The notes under the pieces are model-generated. The model saw only the letters and a program-made list of their open reading frames with translations, was not told the DNA's origin and did no database searches. Below are positions 43,877 through 51,032 of a DNA stretch of 56,731 bases, piece after piece (position 1 is the first letter of the stretch; every line of letters starts with the position of its first letter). Origin of the DNA: Chitinivibrionales bacterium (GTDB taxonomy: Bacteria > Fibrobacterota > Chitinivibrionia > Chitinivibrionales > FEN-1185). The stretch is from assembly GCA_049684795.1 (NCBI GenBank), contig JBAVGL010000332.1, forward strand, positions 1-56,731, written 5' to 3'. The position numbers were made by a program, and so were the translations under genes.

Positions 43877-46240
43877 TTATTGCTCAACCGAGTTTTGGGC
43901 TGCGGCTGTTGTACATTGTTTGGCCGTTTCCTCTGTTTCAACACGCGCATCTTCGTATTTATTTTCAAAACTAAACAATGTGTTTTCTTTTGTTTTTAAT
44001 TCTGCATCGGCAAGATTTTTAACCGCAATATTGTAATAAGATTCTTTGAGTTCTATTCCTATTGCCTTACGGCCATAAAGTAACGCCTGGTATGCCTCGC
44101 TTCCGATACCCATAAAAGGCGTCAAAAGTGTTTCTTTGGGATTTGAATAAAGTTTAATACATCTTTCAATTGTGCCAAGCTGCAAGGGGCAAATATGTTT
44201 TTCATCATCTTTTGCGCGGGCTGTTGTAAATTGTAGGGTGTCCGATTCTGATATTCCCGTCCAGATTCCACCGGCCCAATCAATCCATTTTTCGTTGTCA
44301 ATTTCTCCATTTTTTACTGGAGTTATGGGGACCGCCGAATCGCCTTTTTTCTTAAAAAACAATATCCGGTCAAGAATACATGGGCGGCTGCAAGAACTAT
44401 CCTTTTTCATTTGCACAAACAAAAGCCCCTTGGCGTGCGTCCTGATCGCCTGCGCTTGTGGGTTTTTTGTAACCACTGCATAACCGTGATAAATCCAGCC
44501 TTCTTTTTCGTGTGCTTTAATAACCGCACCGGGAAAGTCGCGCAAACCAATATACCCATCTTTCATTGCCATTGCCGCAATGTCGGAAGTGTGAACGCAG
44601 GATACCCGCCCAGATTTTGTTACTCTTAATATTTCTCGAATAATAAAAGCATAGTGTTCAAAAAACTCATCCCAATTTCTGCAATTGCCTAAATCAAATT
44701 CGCTGGCGGAATACGTAAATAAGTCAGCAAACGGGGGGGAATAGACAGAGACGTCTATTGATTCTGATTTTATTTCCCTTAATATTTCGCACGAATCTCC
44801 AAGGTATGCGGTATAGTTTTCGCCTTTTGTTATTGTCTGTTTTGGTTTTTCAATTTTGACAGTTTCCATGTTTTTTATCTCCAATTCTTCATATTTTTTA
44901 ACGCGGGATATTAATTCAGAAGTCATGCGTTCTGCCATTTTTTCTTTAGCCATTACATTGTCGTAAATTTGCCTTTCAAGATTTGTTAAAACAATATAGA
45001 CGTTTACTGGTTTGTCCTGCCCAAACCGCCATTCTCTGCGAATGCACTGGTAGAACGTTTCCCAAGAATCATTTAACCCCACAAAAACCATGTTACAAGC
45101 ATTTTGAAAATTCATCCCGAATCCCGCTATCTTGGGTTTTGTTATCATAACACGATATTTTTTGTCTTGAAAATTCTCTATCATTTCGGTTTTAAATTCA
45201 AGCGAATCTTCTCCGCAAATTTCCACGGCACCGTCTATTTTTTCTTTTAATCCCTTGCTCTCATTATTCAAACCGCACCACAATATCCATTGCTCATTAT
45301 TTCCATTCACTAAATCAAGAACCGTTTCAATCCTGTCTTCAAAAGTTGTTCTTCTTATGTTGGCCCTATCTGCAATTCCTTTTAGTTTGGTAAAAAACAA
45401 TTGCCCTGGCGGTTGATAATCAACATTCACGAAAGATGGAATAATACTCAATTTTGGCAAAACATATCCCCGATCATCGTAACCAAGATTTGAGGGGGTT
45501 TTAATAGACATTGACCATGTAGACATCCAATGATAATATGTTTCCCTGGCGTAGTTTCTCAATCGCCACTCTTGACCGTTTTTTCCAGATTGTTTTTTCT
45601 TTATTGTTTCATAATCGCCATTTCCGTTTTTAAACTCTATTTCAGTGATCTTATTGGCATGAATAAAGAATGTTGCAAGCATCTCATTATTTTTCATTAT
45701 TCCTAAAAATTCCGCATGGTTGCCTATTTCAGATTCGTCGTTTGGTGCCGGTGTTGCTGTACAGCAAAGGCGATATGGCGTTTTTTCAAACATGCTTATT
45801 ACAAGCTGTTTTGTTTTTCCATCGAGACTTTTTAAAATGCTCGATTCATCCAAAACAACAGCCTGAAAATCTTCTGGATTAAATTTATCAACCATTTCAT
45901 AGTTTGTGATGTTTATTCCTTCAACAACGTCCTTTCCGTCCCGAGTATAATGTATTTCTGTATTTGTTATTTTCTTTGCAAGCCTAACTGTTTGCCGAGC
46001 GACGGAAAGGGGAGCAATAATCAAGGATCTCTTTGCTATAAGCCGTGCCCATTCTGTTTGGCAGTGGGTTTTCCCGAGCCCAGTGTCGAGGAACAAAGCG
46101 CAACGCCCTTTTTTAATAGCCCACCTCACAATGTCCTTTTGAAAAGGAAATAAGGACGGGTTAATATCTGACAAAGAAATATCTTTCCCATGCATTGTGT
46201 TGCGGATTGCTTTTGTTTTAATAAATTCGTGATAGTTCAT
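43877..46240 (-). CDS. SNF2-family helicase fused to an N4/N6 DNA methyltransferase
   Basis: N-half has LDTGLGKT, VVLDESS, CCTATPAPND and GFGMNFQ...RFGQ (SNF2 motifs). C-half has SVYSPPFADLFTYS (motif IV, SPPF) and LLTPFMGIGSE (motif I), as in N6_N4_Mtase. Confidence 0.85.
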   Translation of the reverse strand: MNYHEFIKTKAIRNTMHGKDISLSDINPSLFPFQKDIVRWAIKKGRCALFLDTGLGKTHCQTEWARLIAKRSLIIAPLSVARQTVRLAKKITNTEIHYTRDGKDVVEGINITNYEMVDKFNPEDFQAVVLDESSILKSLDGKTKQLVISMFEKTPYRLCCTATPAPNDESEIGNHAEFLGIMKNNEMLATFFIHANKITEIEFKNGNGDYETIKKKQSGKNGQEWRLRNYARETYYHWMSTWSMSIKTPSNLGYDDRGYVLPKLSIIPSFVNVDYQPPGQLFFTKLKGIADRANIRRTTFEDRIETVLDLVNGNNEQWILWCGLNNESKGLKEKIDGAVEICGEDSLEFKTEMIENFQDKKYRVMITKPKIAGFGMNFQNACNMVFVGLNDSWETFYQCIRREWRFGQDKPVNVYIVLTNLERQIYDNVMAKEKMAERMTSELISRVKKYEELEIKNMETVKIEKPKQTITKGENYTAYLGDSCEILREIKSESIDVSVYSPPFADLFTYSASEFDLGNCRNWDEFFEHYAFIIREILRVTKSGRVSCVHTSDIAAMAMKDGYIGLRDFPGAVIKAHEKEGWIYHGYAVVTKNPQAQAIRTHAKGLLFVQMKKDSSCSRPCILDRILFFKKKGDSAVPITPVKNGEIDNEKWIDWAGGIWTGISESDTLQFTTARAKDDEKHICPLQLGTIERCIKLYSNPKETLLTPFMGIGSEAYQALLYGRKAIGIELKESYYNIAVKNLADAELKTKENTLFSFENKYEDARVETEETAKQCTTAAAQNSVEQ

Positions 46241-46381
46241 TTAAAAAGTTATCACCGTAGTTAATGTTGCTGCCGCTATCCAATAAACAACCATTCTCCA
46301 ATTTCCCCCAGGTATGTAACCAATTGCAACACCAATATCGAGTAGAATCAAAATGGTTGGAATTATTTTTTCTCTTTGCAT
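46241..46381 (-). CDS. Small membrane protein (46 aa)
   Basis: Not in the ORF track. MQREKIIPTILILLDIGVAIGYIPGGNWRMVVYWIAAATLTTVITF has two hydrophobic helices. Preceded by CAGGAAATAAA and cassette P7. Its stop abuts the ATG of the helicase-methylase gene. Confidence 0.4.
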   Translation of the reverse strand: MQREKIIPTILILLDIGVAIGYIPGGNWRMVVYWIAAATLTTVITF

Positions 46382-46397
46382 TTTATTTCCTGCGCGT

Positions 46398-46434
46398 GTT
46401 TATAATTTCAGAAACGGCCAAATTGTGTACAACG
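46398..46434 (-). promoter_or_regulatory. Repeated leftward promoter-like cassette, copy P7
   Basis: Minus strand reads CGTTGTAC-17 nt-GAAATTATAAAC. Confidence 0.45.
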
Positions 46435-46457
46435 TGCGCCGCACTCGCCCGCCGTGC

Positions 46458-46706
46458 CTAATCGAAGCATGATGGCGGACCGTATTGACACGCTTCACCT
46501 TTTGGTAGTTGACACGTCTCAAACTTTTTGCATGGCGCGGCTGCGGCTGTTGGTGGTTCGTTCGCCACCGCTCCGCTTTTCTGGAGCGCGGACAAAACTT
46601 CTGCCGCCATAGCAAAAATCAATGTCGAATCAACTTTTTTATCTGCGTTTGATGCATGACAATAACCTCTCGCCAATGCCTGCTGAATTTCGGTTAAATC
46701 TAACAT
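46458..46706 (-). CDS. Hypothetical protein
   Basis: 82 aa. AAGGAG RBS upstream. Confidence 0.45.
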   Translation of the reverse strand: MLDLTEIQQALARGYCHASNADKKVDSTLIFAMAAEVLSALQKSGAVANEPPTAAAAPCKKFETCQLPKGEACQYGPPSCFD

Positions 46707-46753
46707 TCCCGCGCTCCTTATTTTATGGTCGGTGGCGCAATGACCACCAACGT

Positions 46754-46939
46754 TTACCGCACTGACGATGGTTTGCCAGTGACCTTGACGCCTTTAACTT
46801 TTGGCAAACTTTTGCCATGCGGTTGTTGTGCGATGTGCTGCGCTGATTCCTCAATTTCAGCAGCGCAATCTTCATCGCTATTTTTTAAATTACGATACTT
46901 ATCGGGATTATCACCAAACTTTGGCCAAGAACGACTCAT
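46754..46939 (-). CDS. Hypothetical protein
   Basis: 61 aa. AAGGA RBS upstream. Confidence 0.4.
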   Translation of the reverse strand: MSRSWPKFGDNPDKYRNLKNSDEDCAAEIEESAQHIAQQPHGKSLPKVKGVKVTGKPSSVR

Positions 46940-47230
46940 ATTTTATCCTTGCGCTGCTTTACAGTAAATATTCAGCGCGGCATTTTGCACAACGTGTGCC
47001 GTGTTACGACGTAGCCTTGCTATGTGGCGCTCCTGCGCCCTTGCGTAACGCGGCTGTTGTATGACGTTTTTCGCTCCACAATATTAAAAGGCGCACTGGC
47101 TTGATTACGCTGTTACCAGCCCCACAACCATCGGATAGGTACAAGCCGAGCGGGGCACTATTATTGGCTGGCAGAAGCACTCTGTTGTCCAGCCTCACCG
47201 ACGATCACGCCCGATTGTGCTATCAGTGCG

Positions 47231-47266
47231 CCTATAAATTCAAAGAGCGAAAAATTTTATACAACG
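47231..47266 (-). promoter_or_regulatory. Repeated leftward promoter-like cassette, copy P10 (no ORF with an RBS follows for about 290 nt)
   Basis: Minus strand reads CGTTGTAT-17 nt-GAATTTATAGGC. Confidence 0.4.
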
Positions 47267-47285
47267 TGCGCCGCACTGGACGCCG

Positions 47286-47546
47286 TTATTTTACTATAAA
47301 AATATATAGAGAATCATTTTTAACAGTGTAATACGCGCTAATTGGATCGGCCTTTATCTGCGCTGGCAAATCACGAATTTTATATTCCATGTATTTAAAA
47401 TAATGGCGCTCCTGCGGCTGTTGCACGCATGTAATGGCCGCTTCCAATTTATTTAGCCGCGCATCTTGACTATGATCGCGCAGCATTGTCCCGACTTCAA
47501 ACAATGAAAGTCCTGCGAAAAAGAAACACCACAAAAATATTCTCAT
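47286..47546 (-). CDS. Small protein with an N-terminal hydrophobic segment
   Basis: 86 aa. MRIFLWCFFFAGLSLF looks like a signal peptide or membrane anchor. AAGGGG RBS upstream. Confidence 0.45.
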   Translation of the reverse strand: MRIFLWCFFFAGLSLFEVGTMLRDHSQDARLNKLEAAITCVQQPQERHYFKYMEYKIRDLPAQIKADPISAYYTVKNDSLYIFIVK

Positions 47547-47565
47547 AACCCCTTTTTCTATGCGC

Positions 47566-47605
47566 GGCTTATAATTCCAGAAAGGCCATTATTGCCGTGC
47601 AACGG
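47566..47605 (-). promoter_or_regulatory. Repeated leftward promoter-like cassette, copy P11
   Basis: Minus strand reads CGTTGCAC-19 nt-GAATTATAAGCC. Confidence 0.4.
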
Positions 47606-48062
47606 TTGACACATGGCGAAGTTTGCGCTTCGCATGTGCCCGCTTCGGGCGAACAGCATGGGGCTGTTGTGTGCTGTTTTGAGCGCATTCCCTATTATTC
47701 AGGGCGGCGCATATAAACTCCGCCATATCGGCAGAGTGAGCCGTAGCAACTACGGCAAGAAATTTCGGACGAAATTTACCTTGGCGAAAGGTATCGTCTA
47801 TATCCCATGCACCATATCCGCAATCATGTATTTGGTATCTTGCGCCGCCCATATAAATCCTTTCTTTGCGCTCAAAATGGCCTACAACGGTTGACACATG
47901 GCGAAGTTTGCGCTTCGCAAATTTGGGGCGGCTTCCGCCCGCCATGTGTTTGTTGTAAGCTGTAAATTTTTCTTCCGCACGTTGTCGCGCTTCGTTGCGA
48001 TACGATGACGCAAATTCGTGAAATAAATCATCTACTAACTTCAACACCTGTTCTTTATTCAT
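47589..48062 (-). CDS. Hypothetical protein; ORF reads through palindromic repeat copy 3, with a possible nested second start at 47852
   Basis: Start set at MNKEQVLKL, with cassette P13 upstream. A second cassette-like copy and the RBS GAAAGGA precede the in-frame MGGARYQIHD at 47852. Both repeat copies translate to ..KFAKRKLRH... Confidence 0.4.
   Translation of the reverse strand: MNKEQVLKLVDDLFHEFASSYRNEARQRAEEKFTAYNKHMAGGSRPKFAKRKLRHVSTVVGHFERKERIYMGGARYQIHDCGYGAWDIDDTFRQGKFRPKFLAVVATAHSADMAEFICAALNNRECAQNSTQQPHAVRPKRAHAKRKLRHVSTVARQ
47600..47634. repeat. Palindromic GC-rich element, copy 2 of 3
   Basis: caacggttgacacatggcgaagtttgcgcttcgca is identical to the left 35 nt of copy 3. Confidence 0.85.
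47885..47948. repeat. Palindromic GC-rich element, copy 3 of 3 (most complete)
   Basis: caacggttgaCACATGGCGaagtttgcgcttcgcaaatttggggcggcttccgcccGCCATGTG. The outer 8-9 bp stem encloses two hairpins. Confidence 0.85.
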
Positions 48063-48105
48063 GCGCGACCTCAAATTCAAAAGGAAAAATTTATTGATTA
48101 CAACG
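48063..48105 (-). promoter_or_regulatory. Repeated leftward promoter-like cassette, copy P13
   Basis: Minus strand reads CGTTGTAA-19 nt-GAATTTGAGGTC. Confidence 0.35.
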
Positions 48106-48130
48106 TCTCGCCCAATGGCGTAGTTTACAA

Positions 48131-48409
48131 CTACAATCCACTTCCACAATAACTTTGTAAATTACGACCATTGGGCTGTTGTGCGATGGCCTGCCGATTT
48201 CCACAGCTTTCAGCCGCCGCCTCTTCGATTTCTTCCAACTGCTCATCTATCTTGCCGGTATAATAGTCGAGATGATACCCGCCCCGCTTATCCCACGGAA
48301 TGATGCAAAAAGCAATATCGTCGTGACCGAGAAGGCAATACTCAACACCACGTAGAGACGGATGAAGATTCGGCCTGTCACGAAATTTTACTTTAGATAA
48401 CCACTGCAT
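48131..48409 (-). CDS. Hypothetical protein
   Basis: 92 aa. GAAAGGAAA RBS upstream. Confidence 0.45.
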   Translation of the reverse strand: MQWLSKVKFRDRPNLHPSLRGVEYCLLGHDDIAFCIIPWDKRGGYHLDYYTGKIDEQLEEIEEAAAESCGNRQAIAQQPNGRNLQSYCGSGL

Positions 48410-48430
48410 TTTAATTTCCTTTCTTGCGGC

Positions 48431-48471
48431 GGCCTACAAATTCCAAGAATCGGCAGGCTTTCGCACAACTA
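48431..48471 (-). promoter_or_regulatory. Repeated leftward promoter-like cassette, copy P14
   Basis: Minus strand reads AGTTGTGC-19 nt-GAATTTGTAGGCC. Confidence 0.35.
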
Positions 48472-48530
48472 CACGTAGGATGTACCTCTACTTTGCATAT
48501 TTTTTCTTTATCTTTATACCCTGCAACGGC

Positions 48531-48941
48531 TTAACAAATTCCACCGGTTAATCTTCCTGGCTCCCCTACCAACTCCTGGGCCTCCTCAACCGATTTCACG
48601 ATCCCCGAAATCCCTCCAAATCCGTTCACCATATCGCGCCAGTCTTTTTGATGAGTTTTTCCGGTTGCTCCGGGTTTCTTTACTTCGGGAGATAGGAAAA
48701 CAGCAACCCGACGACCAACCATATCCGGCGTTATCGTTACCGATTTAAACCCGATCAAATCACTGCTGCCAACGGCAAGCCCAAACTGTACTCGTCGGTA
48801 ATCAATCAGAGTAATGCATCGACCGGACTCCTCAAATGCTTTCCCGAAAAATCCATTCCCGACGTTGTTTCGAAAAATACGCACGTCCGGGCGACCGCCC
48901 AGGGCGAGCATGATTTTATTTTGTATAGGTGATTCAAGCAT
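48531..48941 (-). CDS. VRR-NUC domain nuclease
   Basis: 136 aa. SDLIGF...FLSPEVKKPG fits the D...E-V-K PD-(D/E)XK motif of VRR-NUC proteins. Confidence 0.7.
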   Translation of the reverse strand: MLESPIQNKIMLALGGRPDVRIFRNNVGNGFFGKAFEESGRCITLIDYRRVQFGLAVGSSDLIGFKSVTITPDMVGRRVAVFLSPEVKKPGATGKTHQKDWRDMVNGFGGISGIVKSVEEAQELVGEPGRLTGGIC

Positions 48942-49258
48942 TATTTTAACAGCGCCCGCGCCTGTTGAACTTTTTCCTCGGTAACAAAACCAGCGGCGAT
49001 TAACAGTTGCAAAACTTTCTCACTCAAATGCTCTGGACATCGCTTTTGACAATTCCCCGTCGGCTGAAATTCTTTCCCGCAGCCTGGGACCACGCATATT
49101 TTCGTTTTTTTTGTTAATGCCATTGGCTCCTCCTTTAAAATTGGTATTTTATGCGGATGAATCAGACATTGCGTACAAATCAGTTGAGACTCAATAGATG
49201 GGCGAAACGATTTGCCGCAGACTGGACACGGCGTCAATGCCTGGTGCGTGGCTGTCAT
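48941..49258 (-). CDS. Zinc-ribbon protein
   Basis: Start set at MTATHQ. CPVCGK...CTQC and CVVPGCGK...CPEH motifs. Confidence 0.45.
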   Translation of the reverse strand: MTATHQALTPCPVCGKSFRPSIESQLICTQCLIHPHKIPILKEEPMALTKKTKICVVPGCGKEFQPTGNCQKRCPEHLSEKVLQLLIAAGFVTEEKVQQARALLK

Positions 49259-49332
49259 CTCGCCGCCCGACACATTCCGAGAATAAAAATCACCGTGAAA
49301 ATTAAAACAACCGCGCCGATTATCCACCACAT
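49255..49332 (-). CDS. Possible 25-aa hydrophobic micro-protein
   Basis: MWWIIGAVVLIFTVIFILGMCRAAR, with its stop overlapping the next ATG (ATGA). Speculative. Confidence 0.2.
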   Translation of the reverse strand: MWWIIGAVVLIFTVIFILGMCRAAR

Positions 49333-49423
49333 AAAAACCCCACGACGGTATTTGCAAACAGCCACGCCAGGTAATAGTAGACGACGATTGCGACGGACAG
49401 CAAAAACCACAATAAAAATTTAT

Positions 49424-50896
49424 TCATACCGCCTCACTCATTTCCGGTTCATGGCGATATTTCATTCTCCGCGCGTTCCAAATCCTCCCCGCCCAGGCGT
49501 AATGATACCCGCGTTCTTTACCGATCCGAACCAAGTCCTCCAAGGTCCTCGCCATACCTAACTCGCGTCGCCGCTTGATTCGTGCCGCCTCGATGTCGGC
49601 TTTCGTTATCTGCACCAGGTTGCCGGCAACCTGCTTGACATCACGACTGTTACCTGGAGACATTGCATAATTCATTCCGCACTGAGGACAGTGAGTTAAA
49701 TTCCACGGAAAAATAGCGAAACATTTCGCGCATTTTCTTATCTTAACATTCTCCTCATCTTCCTTAATTCTTTTCCGCTTTGAACCCATCAGACTCCACG
49801 CCCGAACGTCATCAACCAGGCCGTGACGCATGCAGTTACCTACATGATCCAGGATTATCGCATGCGTTTTATTATCATGCGGACGAAGAACCCGCCCGGC
49901 CTGCTGCAAATAGAGACCGGTCGATTGCGTCGGACGTAACATGATTGCCGTCGTGACTACCGGGATATCGGTTCCCTCGCTGATTATTTCGCATGAGGTT
50001 AAAACCGATAATTGACCGTTTGCCAGCGCTTGAATTCGATACTTTCGAACTGCATGGGACAATGTACCGTCAATTGATGACGCTGCGATCCCTGCCGAGT
50101 TGAATTGTTCGGCAACATGTTCCGCATGTTTTACCGTGGCGCAAAACGCGATTGCCGGAACTCCGGGGCAGATGCGCTGATAGTGCTCAATCGCGCAACC
50201 GGTAATGGTCGGCACGTCCATTTTATGGGCAATTTCTTTTTGAGCGAAATCCCCCATTGATATTTTAACATGAGAGAAATCGACATCGGTAGGAGGAGCA
50301 TAAATAACCGGCGGCGCGAGAAAACCTTGGTCTATTAAATCGCGGATTGTCGGCCCTTCGAGGAGAGTATCGAAATAGCCACCCGCTCCCTGACCGAGTC
50401 CGGTACCGTCCAGTCTCACCGGTGTCGCAGTCACGCCGAGTAGTCGTGAATTAGGAAACGCCTGGACGATTTTTCGCCATGTTCCGGCATTGGTATGATG
50501 GGCCTCATCGATTATTATCAATGCCGGGATTTTACGGATTTGGTCTAATCGGCGAACTATTGTTTGCACGGATGCGACCTGGATAGGATCACCCGACATC
50601 GAATGGCCAGGGGCAATAATTCCATGTGGAATGTCCATGTCTTCTAATTTGCCGGATGTTTGCCGCAGGAGCTCCTGCCGGTGGGTTAGGATTATCACGG
50701 AATTATTTTTCTTTGCTGTCATTTCGGTAATATAGCAAAAAACGATGGTCTTTCCTCCGCCGGTGGGCAGCACGAAAAGCGGTGCCCTGTAACCCTGTAT
50801 ATAGGCGTTTCGAATGGCTCTCACGCCGTCGTATTGGTAGTGTCGGAGTTGTGCTTTCATGCGTTTTCGGGTTGGTTGGGACGAATTTTCCTGCAT
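49424..50896 (-). CDS. SF2 DEAH-box helicase with a C-terminal zinc ribbon
   Basis: LPTGGGKT (motif I), IIIDEAHH (II), GVTATP (III), QQAGRVLR (VI) and CAKC...CPQCG. Start set at MQENSS. Confidence 0.8.
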   Translation of the reverse strand: MQENSSQPTRKRMKAQLRHYQYDGVRAIRNAYIQGYRAPLFVLPTGGGKTIVFCYITEMTAKKNNSVIILTHRQELLRQTSGKLEDMDIPHGIIAPGHSMSGDPIQVASVQTIVRRLDQIRKIPALIIIDEAHHTNAGTWRKIVQAFPNSRLLGVTATPVRLDGTGLGQGAGGYFDTLLEGPTIRDLIDQGFLAPPVIYAPPTDVDFSHVKISMGDFAQKEIAHKMDVPTITGCAIEHYQRICPGVPAIAFCATVKHAEHVAEQFNSAGIAASSIDGTLSHAVRKYRIQALANGQLSVLTSCEIISEGTDIPVVTTAIMLRPTQSTGLYLQQAGRVLRPHDNKTHAIILDHVGNCMRHGLVDDVRAWSLMGSKRKRIKEDEENVKIRKCAKCFAIFPWNLTHCPQCGMNYAMSPGNSRDVKQVAGNLVQITKADIEAARIKRRRELGMARTLEDLVRIGKERGYHYAWAGRIWNARRMKYRHEPEMSEAV

Positions 50897-50968
50897 TTTA
50901 AAAAACTGCAAAACGAATATAATACCGAAACATCGTTTTCGTATCAAGCCGAAAAAAGATTTTTGCTG

Positions 50969-50997
50969 TTGATACGAAATGCCATTTCGATGATTAT
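50969..50997 (+). promoter_or_regulatory. Candidate sigma70-like promoter with a palindromic operator in the spacer
   Basis: TTGATA (50969-50974) - 17 nt - GATTAT (50992-50997). The spacer holds the perfect 15-bp palindrome CGAAATG-c-CATTTCG (50975-50989). Confidence 0.4.
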
Positions 50998-51032
50998 ATT
51001 AATTCCGCAAATTTACAACAGATAGGATTGAA

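Noticed and set aside
47004-47198. A 64-aa ORF downstream of cassette P10.
   Set aside because: It has a GTG start without a Shine-Dalgarno sequence and overlaps the stems of the structured segment. I interpret this region as non-coding, with low certainty.
40449-48530. Whether the repeated intergenic units could be a CRISPR array or another spacer-repeat locus.
   Set aside because: The units are not of uniform length or spacing. They are separated by genes of 100-2400 bp, each followed by an RBS and ATG, and there are no cas genes.
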